A stretch of 48,489 bases of DNA, taken from NCBI GenBank assembly GCA_903904195.1, contig CAIVBM010000033.1, positions 1 through 48,489 on the forward strand. Direction: 5' to 3'. Source of the stretch: an uncultured bacterium (GTDB taxonomy: Bacteria > Patescibacteriota > Minisyncoccia > Phycocordibacterales > UBA9973). Position numbers and translations under genes: made by a program. The notes beneath the pieces were generated by a model that was not told the origin of the DNA, did no database searches, and worked only from the letters and a program-made list of their open reading frames with translations. Numbering within the stretch: the stretch's first letter is position 1; every line of letters starts with the position of its first letter. Positions 24,431 to 33,214 of the stretch are shown in pieces.

Positions 24431-25729
24431 CTATGCCGGGACGAAAGTCAGCGCGTTGCCTTTTTTGCCCGAACGACCGGTTCGGCCGATGCGATGCACA
24501 TAAGTATCATAAGTCTGTGGCACATCATAATTTATGACGTGCGTCACATCTGGAATATCCAAACCTCTAGCAGCCACGTCAGTTGCTATCAATATGTTTA
24601 TATGTCCTTTTTTAAACGAATCAAGAATACGAATGCGCTCACGACTTCTCTTGTCGCCGTGAATCCCGCCGACTTTAAATCCAAAAGCATGCAATTCTTT
24701 CGCCAGAGAATCCACGCTGTGCTTCATTTCTCGGAAAATTAAAACTTTATCCGAACCGTCTTTCTTTAAAATTTCGTTCAGCTTTTCTAATTTTTCTTCT
24801 TTAGTTCGGAAACGGACAACATCTTGATCTATGTTTTTCGCCGTCTCGCCGGAAATGACTGAGATAAAAGCAGGCTCTTTTAGATAATGCTCTGTTAATT
24901 TCTTTATGTCTGGAGACAGTGTCGCAGAAAAGAAAAGTGTCTGACGTTCTTTTGCAATCTTACCAATTATATAAACCATTTCATCTCTAAATCCCATATC
25001 GAGCATCCGGTCAGCTTCATCTAGGACCACACTGTGGCATGTAGATAAATTTAAAACTTTTTTATCAATTAAATCTCGCAATCTTCCTGGTGTACCAATG
25101 ACAAATGAAACTCCGAGTTTTATTTCTCTGATCTGTTTCATTATTGGCAATCCTCCCACGCAAGCTACAGAAAACATTCCTAATCCAAAAGATAATATTT
25201 TAAAATCACTTTCTATCTGAAGAGCAAGTTCGCGAGTCGGAGCCATTATGAGGGCCATTTCCCTCTTGCCCATACCTTTGGTTTTATAAATCTTTTCAAT
25301 CAATGGAAGCAAAAAGGCCGCAGTTTTTCCTGTGCCTGTATTTGCCATACCAAAAACATCCCGTCCTAAGAGAACTGTCGGTATCGCTTGGTCTTGAATA
25401 GGTCTAGGGTCTATAAAACCAGCTACTTTTATATTTTTATGAAGTTGAGGATTGAATGGAAAATCAGCAAAAGTGTGCTTTGAAACATATGGCTTTTCCT
25501 CTACATGTACTCCCTTCTTGATGAAACGAGAAAAATCTATTCGCTCACCTCTAGAAGAGCCAAATCTTTTCTTCCCCACCACGCCGTGGCGTATGCCCCC
25601 GCTTCCAAAACGAGGTTTAGAATTATTGCTGAATATTTTTTTTGTTCCTCCACCAAAACGAGGTTTCGTTTTAAACGTAGAAGTATGGCCACCGAATTTC
25701 TTCGGAGCTGCCGAATATTGTTTATACAT
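24431..25729 (-). CDS. DEAD-box ATP-dependent RNA helicase with an N-terminal RFG-repeat extension
   Basis: Q-motif region, AMANTGTGKTAAF, VLDEADRMLDMGF, SAT and HRIGRTGRSG. Confidence 0.92.
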   Translation of the reverse strand: MYKQYSAAPKKFGGHTSTFKTKPRFGGGTKKIFSNNSKPRFGSGGIRHGVVGKKRFGSSRGERIDFSRFIKKGVHVEEKPYVSKHTFADFPFNPQLHKNIKVAGFIDPRPIQDQAIPTVLLGRDVFGMANTGTGKTAAFLLPLIEKIYKTKGMGKREMALIMAPTRELALQIESDFKILSFGLGMFSVACVGGLPIMKQIREIKLGVSFVIGTPGRLRDLIDKKVLNLSTCHSVVLDEADRMLDMGFRDEMVYIIGKIAKERQTLFFSATLSPDIKKLTEHYLKEPAFISVISGETAKNIDQDVVRFRTKEEKLEKLNEILKKDGSDKVLIFREMKHSVDSLAKELHAFGFKVGGIHGDKRSRERIRILDSFKKGHINILIATDVAARGLDIPDVTHVINYDVPQTYDTYVHRIGRTGRSGKKGNALTFVPA

Positions 25730-25736
25730 ATTGTTT

Positions 25737-25757
25737 ATATTGGGTCACTCCCAATAT
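25737..25757 (-). promoter_or_regulatory. 8-bp hairpin ATATTGGG-N5-CCCAATAT just upstream of the helicase start
   Basis: Read directly, 8 nt from the ATG at 25729. Confidence 0.3.
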
Positions 25758-25848
25758 TTAATAGATGAGAATGATGTTTTAAGAATAGCATTTTATAATA
25801 AATTTGTCAATACTTTTAAAATTGTCCCGAAAAGCTATAATGAATTAC

Positions 25849-26721
25849 ATGAAGGCATATCTTGATATAGTAAAAAATATTTTGGAAAATGGAGAAAAAA
25901 AAACAGACCGTACTGGAACAGGCACAATGTCTATAGCCGGAACTATTTTTCAACATGACATGAAAAATGGCTTTCCGTTGCTCACAACAAAAAAAATCCC
26001 GTTTCGTCTTGTCGCTTCCGAACTAGAATTTTTTATCAAAGGAATTACCGACAAAAAATGGCTTCAAGACAGAAATAACCATATTTGGGATGAATGGTGC
26101 ACTCCTCTTAAAATACCTTATGCTCATGACGAGGAGACAAAAAAGAAAATGCTAGAGGAGCGAGACTTGGGAACTATCTATGGCTGGGAATGGCGCCATT
26201 TTGGAGCGCAATATAAAGATTATAAAACGGATTATACTGGAGAAGGTGTGGATCAATTGAAACGTATGGTAGAAATGTTGAAAACGAAACCAGATAGTCG
26301 CCAAATGCTTGTACTCGCTTGGAACCCTATGGATATAGATAAAGCTGTTCCGCCCTACTGCCACTATGCGTTTCAAGTGACAGTCATAAATAACCGCTTA
26401 AATTTATTTTGGAATCAACGCAGTGTCGACGTAGCTCTAGGTTTACCATTTAACATTGCAAGCTACGCAACTCTTCTGCATTTGCTTGCTCTAGAAACAG
26501 GACTAGAAGAAGGAATACTCACGGGATTTCTAGCGGACACGCATATATACCTCAATCACATTGAAGGCTTGAAGGAACAATTAGCCCGTGATCCAAATAA
26601 ATATAAATTACCTCAAATTAAAACCAATAATTTCAAATCAATTTTTGATTGGCAATACACAGACTCAGAAATTATAAATTACGAAAGCTATCCTCGAATT
26701 CCATTCGAAATCGCCGTATAA
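25849..26721 (+). CDS. thyA: Thymidylate synthase ThyA
   Basis: MKAYLDIVKNILENGEKKTDRTGTGTMSIAG aligns with the ThyA N-terminus. PPCHYAFQ is the active-site Cys region, followed by DVALGLPFNIASYA. Start set to the ATG 7 nt after TATAAT (25836-25841), with the ATG at 25840 as an alternative. Confidence 0.92.
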   Translation: MKAYLDIVKNILENGEKKTDRTGTGTMSIAGTIFQHDMKNGFPLLTTKKIPFRLVASELEFFIKGITDKKWLQDRNNHIWDEWCTPLKIPYAHDEETKKKMLEERDLGTIYGWEWRHFGAQYKDYKTDYTGEGVDQLKRMVEMLKTKPDSRQMLVLAWNPMDIDKAVPPYCHYAFQVTVINNRLNLFWNQRSVDVALGLPFNIASYATLLHLLALETGLEEGILTGFLADTHIYLNHIEGLKEQLARDPNKYKLPQIKTNNFKSIFDWQYTDSEIINYESYPRIPFEIAV

Positions 26722-26725
26722 ATCC

Positions 26726-27232
26726 ATGATTTCACTTATCGCAGCAATTGGTAAAAATAATGAATTAGGTAAAGGCAACACCCTGCTGTGGCATATGCCT
26801 GCCGACATGAGTCATTTTATAAAGATGACTTCTGGGCACCCTGTCATAATGGGGCGAAAAACTTTTGAATCATTAAAAGGTCCGTTGCCAAACAGAAAAA
26901 ATATAGTTATAACCAGAGATTTGAATTATAAAAAAAATGGCATTGAAATTGCGCACTCTTTAGAAGAAGCAATAAATTCAGCAAGGACTACCCTTGCTCA
27001 ACTTGCTCAAAACAAAGAAATTTTTATAATCGGCGGAGCTGAAATCTATAAACAAACCCTACCGATAGCCGACAGGCTTTACATCACTCACATAGAAGCC
27101 GAAGATAAAAAAGCTGACAGCTTTTTCCCTGAAATTATCCCAATAGTCTGGAACGAAATCTCACACGAAGAACATAAAAAGGACGACAAAAATTCTTTTA
27201 ATTATACTTTCTCGGTATACGAGAAAATCTAA
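26726..27232 (+). CDS. folA: Dihydrofolate reductase
   Basis: MISLIAAIGKNNELG, LLWHMPADMSHF, VIMGRKTFESL and IIGGAEIY. Confidence 0.9.
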   Translation: MISLIAAIGKNNELGKGNTLLWHMPADMSHFIKMTSGHPVIMGRKTFESLKGPLPNRKNIVITRDLNYKKNGIEIAHSLEEAINSARTTLAQLAQNKEIFIIGGAEIYKQTLPIADRLYITHIEAEDKKADSFFPEIIPIVWNEISHEEHKKDDKNSFNYTFSVYEKI

Positions 27233-27558
27233 GGGTCTAGAGGAGTTTTAATGCGAATAAAAATATCTTTTCTTTCAGGAGTTTTTTCTTTTTTATATTT
27301 TCTTTTTTTATTGATTTCCATCTTACGAACTAGTTCTTTTTCTAAATCAAAACCAAGAATCTCAGACATACCGAGAATAAATATCATCACATCGGCGAAT
27401 TCTTCTGCCACACCCGGCTGATTTTTATTATGTTTGGAAAAGGCTTCGGAGAGCTCTTCATATGCTCGGCAAAATTCCGACGCAACATCAGTCGTATTGA
27501 AACCTTTTTCCAACTTATTCTTCATTACTTCTTTTTGTAATTTTTTTAAATCAATCAT
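27229..27558 (-). CDS. MazG-like nucleoside triphosphate pyrophosphohydrolase (all-alpha NTP-PPase)
   Basis: EELSEAF...EEFADVMIFILGMSEILGFDLEKEL, an EExxE/D metal-binding helix pair. 109 aa. Confidence 0.7.
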   Translation of the reverse strand: MIDLKKLQKEVMKNKLEKGFNTTDVASEFCRAYEELSEAFSKHNKNQPGVAEEFADVMIFILGMSEILGFDLEKELVRKMEINKKRKYKKEKTPERKDIFIRIKTPLDP

Positions 27559-27563
27559 GAAAT

Positions 27564-28070
27564 TTATTGATCTTTATAAGCTTCAATTTCCTTGTTGATA
27601 ATCTCTAATTTTACTCCCGCTTGTTTGAAAATATCTTTTGATTGCTTGGCCGCATGATAATCCCTAAAAGCGACTACTCGTTTAATACCCGCATTTATAA
27701 TTGTTTTTGAACAAGTATAACAAGGAACCATCTTACAATATAATGTTGATCCATCAATAGCCACACCAAAACGCGCGGCGTTAGCAATAACATTTAATTC
27801 CGCGTGAGCTGTGCGAAGACAATGGCGAGAAGTTGCCCCGCTATCTTTAGAAACAGTATGCATCTCATGTCCAACTTCATCACAATGAGGTAAGCCGATC
27901 GGTGAACCGACATATCCAGTGGCGAGAATTCTTTTATCTTTAACTAAAATTGTACCTGAACGTCCACGATCGCAAGTTCCTCGTGAACCAACCATATCTA
28001 TCATTTTTAGAAAGTATTCGTCCCATGAAGGTCTTTTATGTTTCGTAATCTTTTTGAGAACCTTTTTCAT
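27564..28070 (-). CDS. Deoxycytidylate (dCMP) deaminase
   Basis: HAELNVIANAA and PCYTCSKTIINAGIKRVV, the zinc-binding CDA-fold motifs. Confidence 0.85.
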   Translation of the reverse strand: MKKVLKKITKHKRPSWDEYFLKMIDMVGSRGTCDRGRSGTILVKDKRILATGYVGSPIGLPHCDEVGHEMHTVSKDSGATSRHCLRTAHAELNVIANAARFGVAIDGSTLYCKMVPCYTCSKTIINAGIKRVVAFRDYHAAKQSKDIFKQAGVKLEIINKEIEAYKDQ

Positions 28071-28771
28071 TTCCTTAATATACTCCCAAAAAGTGGCAGA
28101 TACAAGTCTTTGTTTGGGCTAATTTTTAATTCTTTCTTGTTTATCTTTTTTACAAAACAAACCGGCGCATCATTTATCAAAACAAGTGGTTGCTGTTCTT
28201 TCCCTTCCCCCATACAAAATACAGCGGATGTAGCTAAACTATCTGCAACATCTGTCTTTGACATTTTTAAAACTCTGCCGAAAATATCTTTTTTCCCAAT
28301 ATAATTCCTAACACCCTCGAAACCTGCATAACCCACAGCCATTCCGACAGCTCCAGCACGAAGCGGAAGAAGTCTAGAATCTGTTATTAAAATTCCTAGA
28401 TTTTTCAGCTGAAAATGTTGCATTAATTTCTTACGTAAAATCTCTGCACTTTTAAAACTATCTTTTGGTAAAAAAATAAGTTTACCTTTAGCGTTTGATT
28501 CATCAATTCCAGCATTTGCCATCACCATACCATCTTTGAAAGTAAGCCAAACGATTTTAGTTTTAAAAGTAAAATCACTCTCTTTTTTTATTAACGTAAT
28601 TTTTTGCTTTTCATTTTTGTATAAAGCAGTTCTACCTTCTGAGAGAGCAACTATTTTTGAAGTCACAACCAAAATAGAATTTTCATTTATATGCTTTACT
28701 TGCTCTAAAATAAAAGAAAATAAATCTTCCTTTTCTTTAAATATTCTGGTTTTGATTGGAGTAATTTGCAT
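28067..28771 (-). CDS. CofE-like (F420-0:gamma-glutamyl ligase family) protein
   Basis: VVTSKIVALSEGR, ANAGIDESNA, FLPKD and GRVLKMSKTDVADSLA match the CofE-family pattern. Confidence 0.6.
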   Translation of the reverse strand: MQITPIKTRIFKEKEDLFSFILEQVKHINENSILVVTSKIVALSEGRTALYKNEKQKITLIKKESDFTFKTKIVWLTFKDGMVMANAGIDESNAKGKLIFLPKDSFKSAEILRKKLMQHFQLKNLGILITDSRLLPLRAGAVGMAVGYAGFEGVRNYIGKKDIFGRVLKMSKTDVADSLATSAVFCMGEGKEQQPLVLINDAPVCFVKKINKKELKISPNKDLYLPLFGSILRK

Positions 28772-29411
28772 TTATATTTTTTCCTCTTAATAAACGAATT
28801 CCTAAATATGAAAATGGAGTATACAAAAACCCCATAAATATTTTGTAAGCCCACCATGGAATGATAATCAAGAAAATGGTTTTAACTGGCATAATGCCGA
28901 GATAAGCAATGAACATAAAAATAGCAGAATCAAAAAATTCAGACCAAATATTTGATAAATTTGATCGAAGCCAAAACTTTTTTTCTCCTATATGTTTCTT
29001 TAAAAAGAAAAAGGAAATCACGTCCTGATATTGGCCTATCGCAAAAGCAACCAGCGAAGCAATAGAAAAACGAACAGAGAGCCCAAAAATTTGATCATAT
29101 CCTACCTGTGCCCAAAGACCTTCTTTAGCCCATGGTGTAATTGTAGAAATTAAAGAATAAAATAAAAACAAAATAATACTTATAATACCCGCAAGAACAA
29201 AATTATTTGCCATCTTCTTACCATAAACTTCTCCTATGACATCTGTCATACAAAAAACTATCGGAAAGGAAAAGACAGCAACAGACAAATGAGTACCAAA
29301 TAAAAATGGCATTAATTTTATTCCCAAAGTATTCGCTGCAAAAAGTGAACCGATATAAAGTGTTAAGCAAACAAGAATTTTTTTATAATCCTTTTCATTT
29401 AATGTTTGCAT
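28737..29411 (-). CDS. yhhQ: YhhQ/VUT-family (DUF165) queuosine-precursor-type transporter, paralog 1
   Basis: Polytopic membrane protein with FPIVFCMTDVIGEVYGKKMANNFV, the family's signature region. Confidence 0.7.
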   Translation of the reverse strand: MQTLNEKDYKKILVCLTLYIGSLFAANTLGIKLMPFLFGTHLSVAVFSFPIVFCMTDVIGEVYGKKMANNFVLAGIISIILFLFYSLISTITPWAKEGLWAQVGYDQIFGLSVRFSIASLVAFAIGQYQDVISFFFLKKHIGEKKFWLRSNLSNIWSEFFDSAIFMFIAYLGIMPVKTIFLIIIPWWAYKIFMGFLYTPFSYLGIRLLRGKNINANYSNQNQNI

Positions 29412-29429
29412 AAACTTTTATTGAGAAAA

Positions 29430-29855
29430 TTAATCCTTTACTTCGATGCCCATTGAGCGAGCAGAACCAGCGATGATATTGATAGCTCCTTCATCATCTT
29501 TTGAATTTAAATCTGGTGCTTTTTTCTTAGCTATTTCAAGAGCTTGAGCACGAGTTATCTTACCGACTTTAGTCGTAGCATTCTTGCCTGAACCCTTCTC
29601 AATGCCAGCTGCTTTTAAGATAAGTCCAGAAACTGGAGGAGTTTTAACGATGAAATCATAACTGCGATCATCAAATACAGTAATCAATACTCCAACCTTG
29701 TCTCCAGCCATTTTAGCTGTTTTAGCGTTGAATTTGGTTACAAAGTCCCCAATGTTTATACCTGCCTGTCCGAGTGCTGGACCTAGTGGTGGCGCAGGAG
29801 TTGCTTTTGCGGCCTGTATTTGAAGTTTTATTTTTTTGGTGATTTTTTTTGCCAT
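29430..29855 (-). CDS. rplK: 50S ribosomal protein L11
   Basis: [19 protein letters not shown] and [20 protein letters not shown]. Confidence 0.95.
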   Translation of the reverse strand: MAKKITKKIKLQIQAAKATPAPPLGPALGQAGINIGDFVTKFNAKTAKMAGDKVGVLITVFDDRSYDFIVKTPPVSGLILKAAGIEKGSGKNATTKVGKITRAQALEIAKKKAPDLNSKDDEGAINIIAGSARSMGIEVKD

Positions 29856-29899
29856 ATATATATATATTTTGTGACGTTAAGTACGTAGTTTAGATTAGC

Positions 29900-30445
29900 T
29901 TAAATCTTCTTAACTTGCAAGAAGTCTAATTCAACTGGGGTTTCGCGACCAAACATAGAAACTAATACTTTTACCTTTCCACGTTCTTGATCAATTGAAT
30001 TAACCTTGCCTTCTAAATCTTTAAACGGACCATCGGTGATTAAAATACTTTCTCCAAGGGTCATGTCAATGTTGTGCTTAGCTGTGCCAGAGTCCATTTT
30101 CTTGAATAGATAATCTACTTCGTCTTTTCTAAGAGGAACTGGGTTCACTCCTGCACCGACGAAACCTGTGACTCGGGGAGTGTTTCTAACCACATACCAA
30201 GAATCATCAGTCACGATCATGTCTACTAATACATAACCAGGATAAATCTTTTCTTCTACTTCTACTCTCTTGCCTCCTTTGATTTTGATTTTCTTTTCAA
30301 TTGGAACAATAACGTTAAAAATCTTGTCATTCATTCCAAGTGAATCAATACGCTGTTTTAAATTACGCAAAACAACATTTTCATATCCCGCATAGGTATG
30401 AATAGCGTACCAGTTTCTTGCTCCTTGTTTTTCTTGTTTTGACAT
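29900..30445 (-). CDS. nusG: Transcription termination/antitermination factor NusG
   Basis: WYAIHTYAGYENVV NGN domain and the C-terminal KOW (GPFKDLEGKV...VLVSMFGRETPVEL). Confidence 0.9.
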   Translation of the reverse strand: MSKQEKQGARNWYAIHTYAGYENVVLRNLKQRIDSLGMNDKIFNVIVPIEKKIKIKGGKRVEVEEKIYPGYVLVDMIVTDDSWYVVRNTPRVTGFVGAGVNPVPLRKDEVDYLFKKMDSGTAKHNIDMTLGESILITDGPFKDLEGKVNSIDQERGKVKVLVSMFGRETPVELDFLQVKKI

Positions 30446-30453
30446 AAATATTT

Positions 30454-30639
30454 TTAGCGATTAATCAACTTCTCTAAACCTCTTGAGAAGATAAAATCAA
30501 AAATACCTAAATAATATGCGACTACGATGGATAAAATTATAACAATAAGAGTGTAGTAAAAAGTCTGATTCTTTGTGGGCCAGATAACGTGTTTTAACTC
30601 TCCTTTTGTTTCTTTTAAATACTCTGTAAATTTTGACAT
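30454..30639 (-). CDS. secE: Preprotein translocase subunit SecE
   Basis: Single-TM 61-aa protein (ELKHVIWPTKNQT...) immediately upstream of nusG. Start set to the ATG at 30639. Confidence 0.7.
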   Translation of the reverse strand: MSKFTEYLKETKGELKHVIWPTKNQTFYYTLIVIILSIVVAYYLGIFDFIFSRGLEKLINR

Positions 30640-30649
30640 ATATTTCTCC

Positions 30650-30683
30650 CGAGGCAAGACCTAACATGTTAGGTCTTGCCTCG
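30650..30683. repeat. Perfect 34-bp palindrome CGAGGCAAGACCTAACA|TGTTAGGTCTTGCCTCG
   Basis: Both halves checked base by base. It lies 10 nt upstream of the secE ATG and abuts GGGAGAAATAT-ATG. Confidence 0.9.
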
Positions 30684-30767
30684 TTTGTTATTAAACCTTT
30701 TAAAAAAGCCCCTCTCAGGGCTCTTTTAATACTACTCTTTTTGCGGTAAAAAAGCAAATTTAGGAAT

Positions 30768-30800
30768 CCTCCCCGCCTTGATAAGGAGGGGTAAGGGGTG
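30768..30800 (-). repeat. GC-rich palindromic element CCCCgCCTTGATAAGGaGGGG + TAAGGGGTGG (family copy 1)
   Basis: It abuts the stop of 30802-31641. It shares the CCTTGATAAGGAG(A/G)GGG core with 35021-35072. Confidence 0.5.
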
Positions 30801-30801
30801 G

Positions 30802-31641
30802 TTATCTTATTTCGTAAGTTATCGTCACATCCGAGCTGATGGTATTTTCTCCTTTTGGAATCACAGCTGGTGCTGGAGCAGAACCTGCACTGTCTTTCAT
30901 CATCACAGAAGAAGCATACATCATAGGATAATTACCATTTTCATTAAAGCTTGTAATTTTACCCAAACTTACGCCTAAGTCTTTTGCTAAAACCTCTGCT
31001 TTTGCTTTTGCATCATCAATAGCTAGCTTTCTTGCTTGTGCTTTCAAAGCATCTTCTTTATCAATCGCAAAGTTTGGACCACTTAAATTAGAAACACCAA
31101 TAGTGCCTAATCCTTGCATAATAGCTCCTGCATCGTCTGTATTTCTTATTTTTACTGTGATACTTTCACTAGCCGTATAACCGACGATAACTTGCTTGTC
31201 AGAAGGACAATAATAAGGAGAGGAAGGACTAACTGTAGTGCCAGCTGTTCCAGCACCCATTGGGATTGGTGGGCATATTGCTTGTCTGTATTCGTATTTG
31301 GGATTAAAAGATGCATCGGTCGTCTTTACATCCTTATCATCAACACCTTTTGTCTTTAAAAGATCTAAAGCGGATTTCTCAACTACTGCGACAGCAGCTT
31401 GAGCATCTTTGACTGTCTTCGCATCCTTGCTAATTGTAAAATACACATTGGCAATATCAGGAACAGCCGTCACTTCACCGTGACCTGAAAATGAAATGGT
31501 TGCAGGATTTTGACTCTCCCCTAACAAACTTGTCTTCTTTAAAACTGAAATTATTTTTACCGCAAAATAGACTGATAAAATAATCATTAAGATTAAAAAC
31601 ACTTTTGAAATTCTCTTCTTGTTTTCTTCTGGTATTTCCAT
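30802..31641 (-). CDS. SIMPL-domain (DUF541, BP26-like) secreted/periplasmic protein
   Basis: N-terminal TM segment, then ISFSGHGEVTAVPDIANVYFTI and a C-terminal ...ISSDVTITYEI pattern typical of SIMPL. Confidence 0.7.
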   Translation of the reverse strand: MEIPEENKKRISKVFLILMIILSVYFAVKIISVLKKTSLLGESQNPATISFSGHGEVTAVPDIANVYFTISKDAKTVKDAQAAVAVVEKSALDLLKTKGVDDKDVKTTDASFNPKYEYRQAICPPIPMGAGTAGTTVSPSSPYYCPSDKQVIVGYTASESITVKIRNTDDAGAIMQGLGTIGVSNLSGPNFAIDKEDALKAQARKLAIDDAKAKAEVLAKDLGVSLGKITSFNENGNYPMMYASSVMMKDSAGSAPAPAVIPKGENTISSDVTITYEIR

Positions 31642-31694
31642 AAAATTTATATGTTAATTAATAAAATCTTAATAATTATATTCTTTAAAATCCA

Positions 31695-32726
31695 TTAAAT
31701 CAAATTGACTTCAGGACTGAGTTTTAAGCCAAATTTATCTTTTACACTAGAAATAATTTCATTTGCTAAACTCAAAACTTCTTCTCCTGTCGCTCCTCCA
31801 TAATTTACTAAAACCAAAGCTTGTTTTTCATGCACACCAACATTGCCTTTCTTATAACCCTTCCAGCTTATACCATTTACAGGACCGCACTCTTCAATGA
31901 GCCACCCAGCAGGAATTTTCACCATTTCATCTTCATCAAAATGAGGCATTTCGGGATAAATTTTCTGTAATTTTTCAAATTCCGAAACTTTTACAAAAAC
32001 ATTTTTAAAAAAACTGCCTGCGTTATGAATAACTTTTGGATCCGGAAGCTTGCTCTTCCTTATCGCCCCTACTGCATCACTCACATCTTTAGAATTTTTA
32101 ATTTCTATCTTATTTTTTTCTAAATAATCTTGTAGAATTTTATAATTAATATTTTTATTTTCTTTTTTGCTTAATTTTAAAGTGACAGCTGTAATAAAAT
32201 ATTTTCCCTTAAATTCATTTTTAAAAACACTATCACGATAACCAAACTTACATTCTTCTTTTTGAAAAATCTTATTTTTACCCATATCAACATCAAAAGC
32301 TTCAACATTTTCTAGAACATCTTTGATTTCTACTCCATAAGCGCCTATGTTTTGCACCGGAGCAGCGCCTACGGTACCTGGAACAAGAGAGAGATTCTCA
32401 ATACCCCAAAGTCCTCGCTCCACAGAAAAATCCACGAGACTATACCACATCTCTCCACCCATGCATCTAATGAAAACATCATTTGAATTATCTTTTAAAA
32501 TTTCTATCCCTTTTAATTTATTTAAAATTACCAAACCATTAAAATCTTTTGTAAATAAAACATTACTTCCTCCACCAAGGAATAGTTTCTCATTATTTTT
32601 GAATTCTTTTATATTAAAAAGCTCTTTTAAATCAGCTTCAGTATTAATTTCAACAAAAAACTTCACCTGAACCGAAATGCCAAAGGTATTTAACTTAGAT
32701 AAATTGTAATTTTTTTGTATTTTCAT
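31695..32726 (-). CDS. murB: UDP-N-acetylenolpyruvoylglucosamine reductase MurB
   Basis: FAD-binding FLGGGSNVLF, GTVGAAPVQNIGAYG and the C-terminal GSFFKN ... AGWLIE motifs. Confidence 0.9.
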   Translation of the reverse strand: MKIQKNYNLSKLNTFGISVQVKFFVEINTEADLKELFNIKEFKNNEKLFLGGGSNVLFTKDFNGLVILNKLKGIEILKDNSNDVFIRCMGGEMWYSLVDFSVERGLWGIENLSLVPGTVGAAPVQNIGAYGVEIKDVLENVEAFDVDMGKNKIFQKEECKFGYRDSVFKNEFKGKYFITAVTLKLSKKENKNINYKILQDYLEKNKIEIKNSKDVSDAVGAIRKSKLPDPKVIHNAGSFFKNVFVKVSEFEKLQKIYPEMPHFDEDEMVKIPAGWLIEECGPVNGISWKGYKKGNVGVHEKQALVLVNYGGATGEEVLSLANEIISSVKDKFGLKLSPEVNLI

Positions 32727-32763
32727 TCGCTTATTTAGTATAGCAAAAGTTTGGCTAGAAATA

Positions 32764-32783
32764 GAGAACCGCCGGTGGTTCTC
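32764..32783 (-). terminator. GC hairpin GAGAACC-N6-GGTTCTC closing island C
   Basis: Read directly. It lies between the last island ORF and the murB -10 box. Confidence 0.45.
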
Positions 32784-32821
32784 CCACCAGGCGGTGTACT
32801 GTCAATGTTGTTAAGGGCTGT

Positions 32822-32971
32822 CTATTCTTCGCCCCCTTTCCTTTTGAAGAACTCTTTCACGCGCCGAATTCCTTCGGCAACTTCCGCCTCCAAGGGATCA
32901 AGGGGACCATTATCCCCGCCATCATATCCCAAGACTAGGCTGAGCTTTCTGGCCTCGTTGGTACTATTCAT
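32822..32971 (-). CDS. Island C ORF 2, 49 aa (MNSTNEARKLSLVLGYDGGDNGPLDPLEAEVAEGIRRVKEFFKRKGGEE)
   Basis: ATG at 32971 preceded by AAAAGGAAACCC. It is the 3' part of the 112-aa ORF in the track. Confidence 0.4.
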   Translation of the reverse strand: MNSTNEARKLSLVLGYDGGDNGPLDPLEAEVAEGIRRVKEFFKRKGGEE

Positions 32972-32993
32972 GGGTTTCCTTTTGCTGAACGGA

Positions 32994-33173
32994 CTACAAA
33001 GAGCGCACAAGATCGGGGTCAGAAGCAGGGGACTTAGATCCACCCTCATTTCCCTCTCTTGAACTCTCTGCGACTGCAGGCGACGGTTGTTGTTGACCAC
33101 CAGAACTCGCTGCTTCTTCGGCGGCAACTTCCATTGCATCTTTCCAGTCGTGATGTTCACGTACCAGATTCAT
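32994..33173 (-). CDS. Island C ORF 1, 59 aa, acidic and low complexity (MNLVREHHDWKDAMEVAAEEAASSGGQQQ...)
   Basis: Hand-translated, one residue below the ORF-track cutoff. ATG at 33173 with AAGGAG 11 nt upstream. Confidence 0.4.
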   Translation of the reverse strand: MNLVREHHDWKDAMEVAAEEAASSGGQQQPSPAVAESSREGNEGGSKSPASDPDLVRSL

Positions 33174-33214
33174 GTTTGTTTTTTCTCCTTGTTTGTGCTC
33201 GGAACTCTGTACGC

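Noticed and set aside
29854-29867. (AT)7 microsatellite overlapping the rplK start as a phase-variable element
   Set aside because: It is short, lies in an already AT-rich leader and sits next to an essential gene. It more likely just provides a TATA-like -10 element.
32822-33160. The 112-aa ORF from the track taken as one gene
   Set aside because: Its N-terminal half has no SD. It also overlaps, in another frame, a 59-aa ORF that does have AAGGAG and sits correctly behind the consensus promoter. An internal ATG at 32971 has its own AAAAGGAAA. Two small ORFs explain the signals better, but this remains uncertain.
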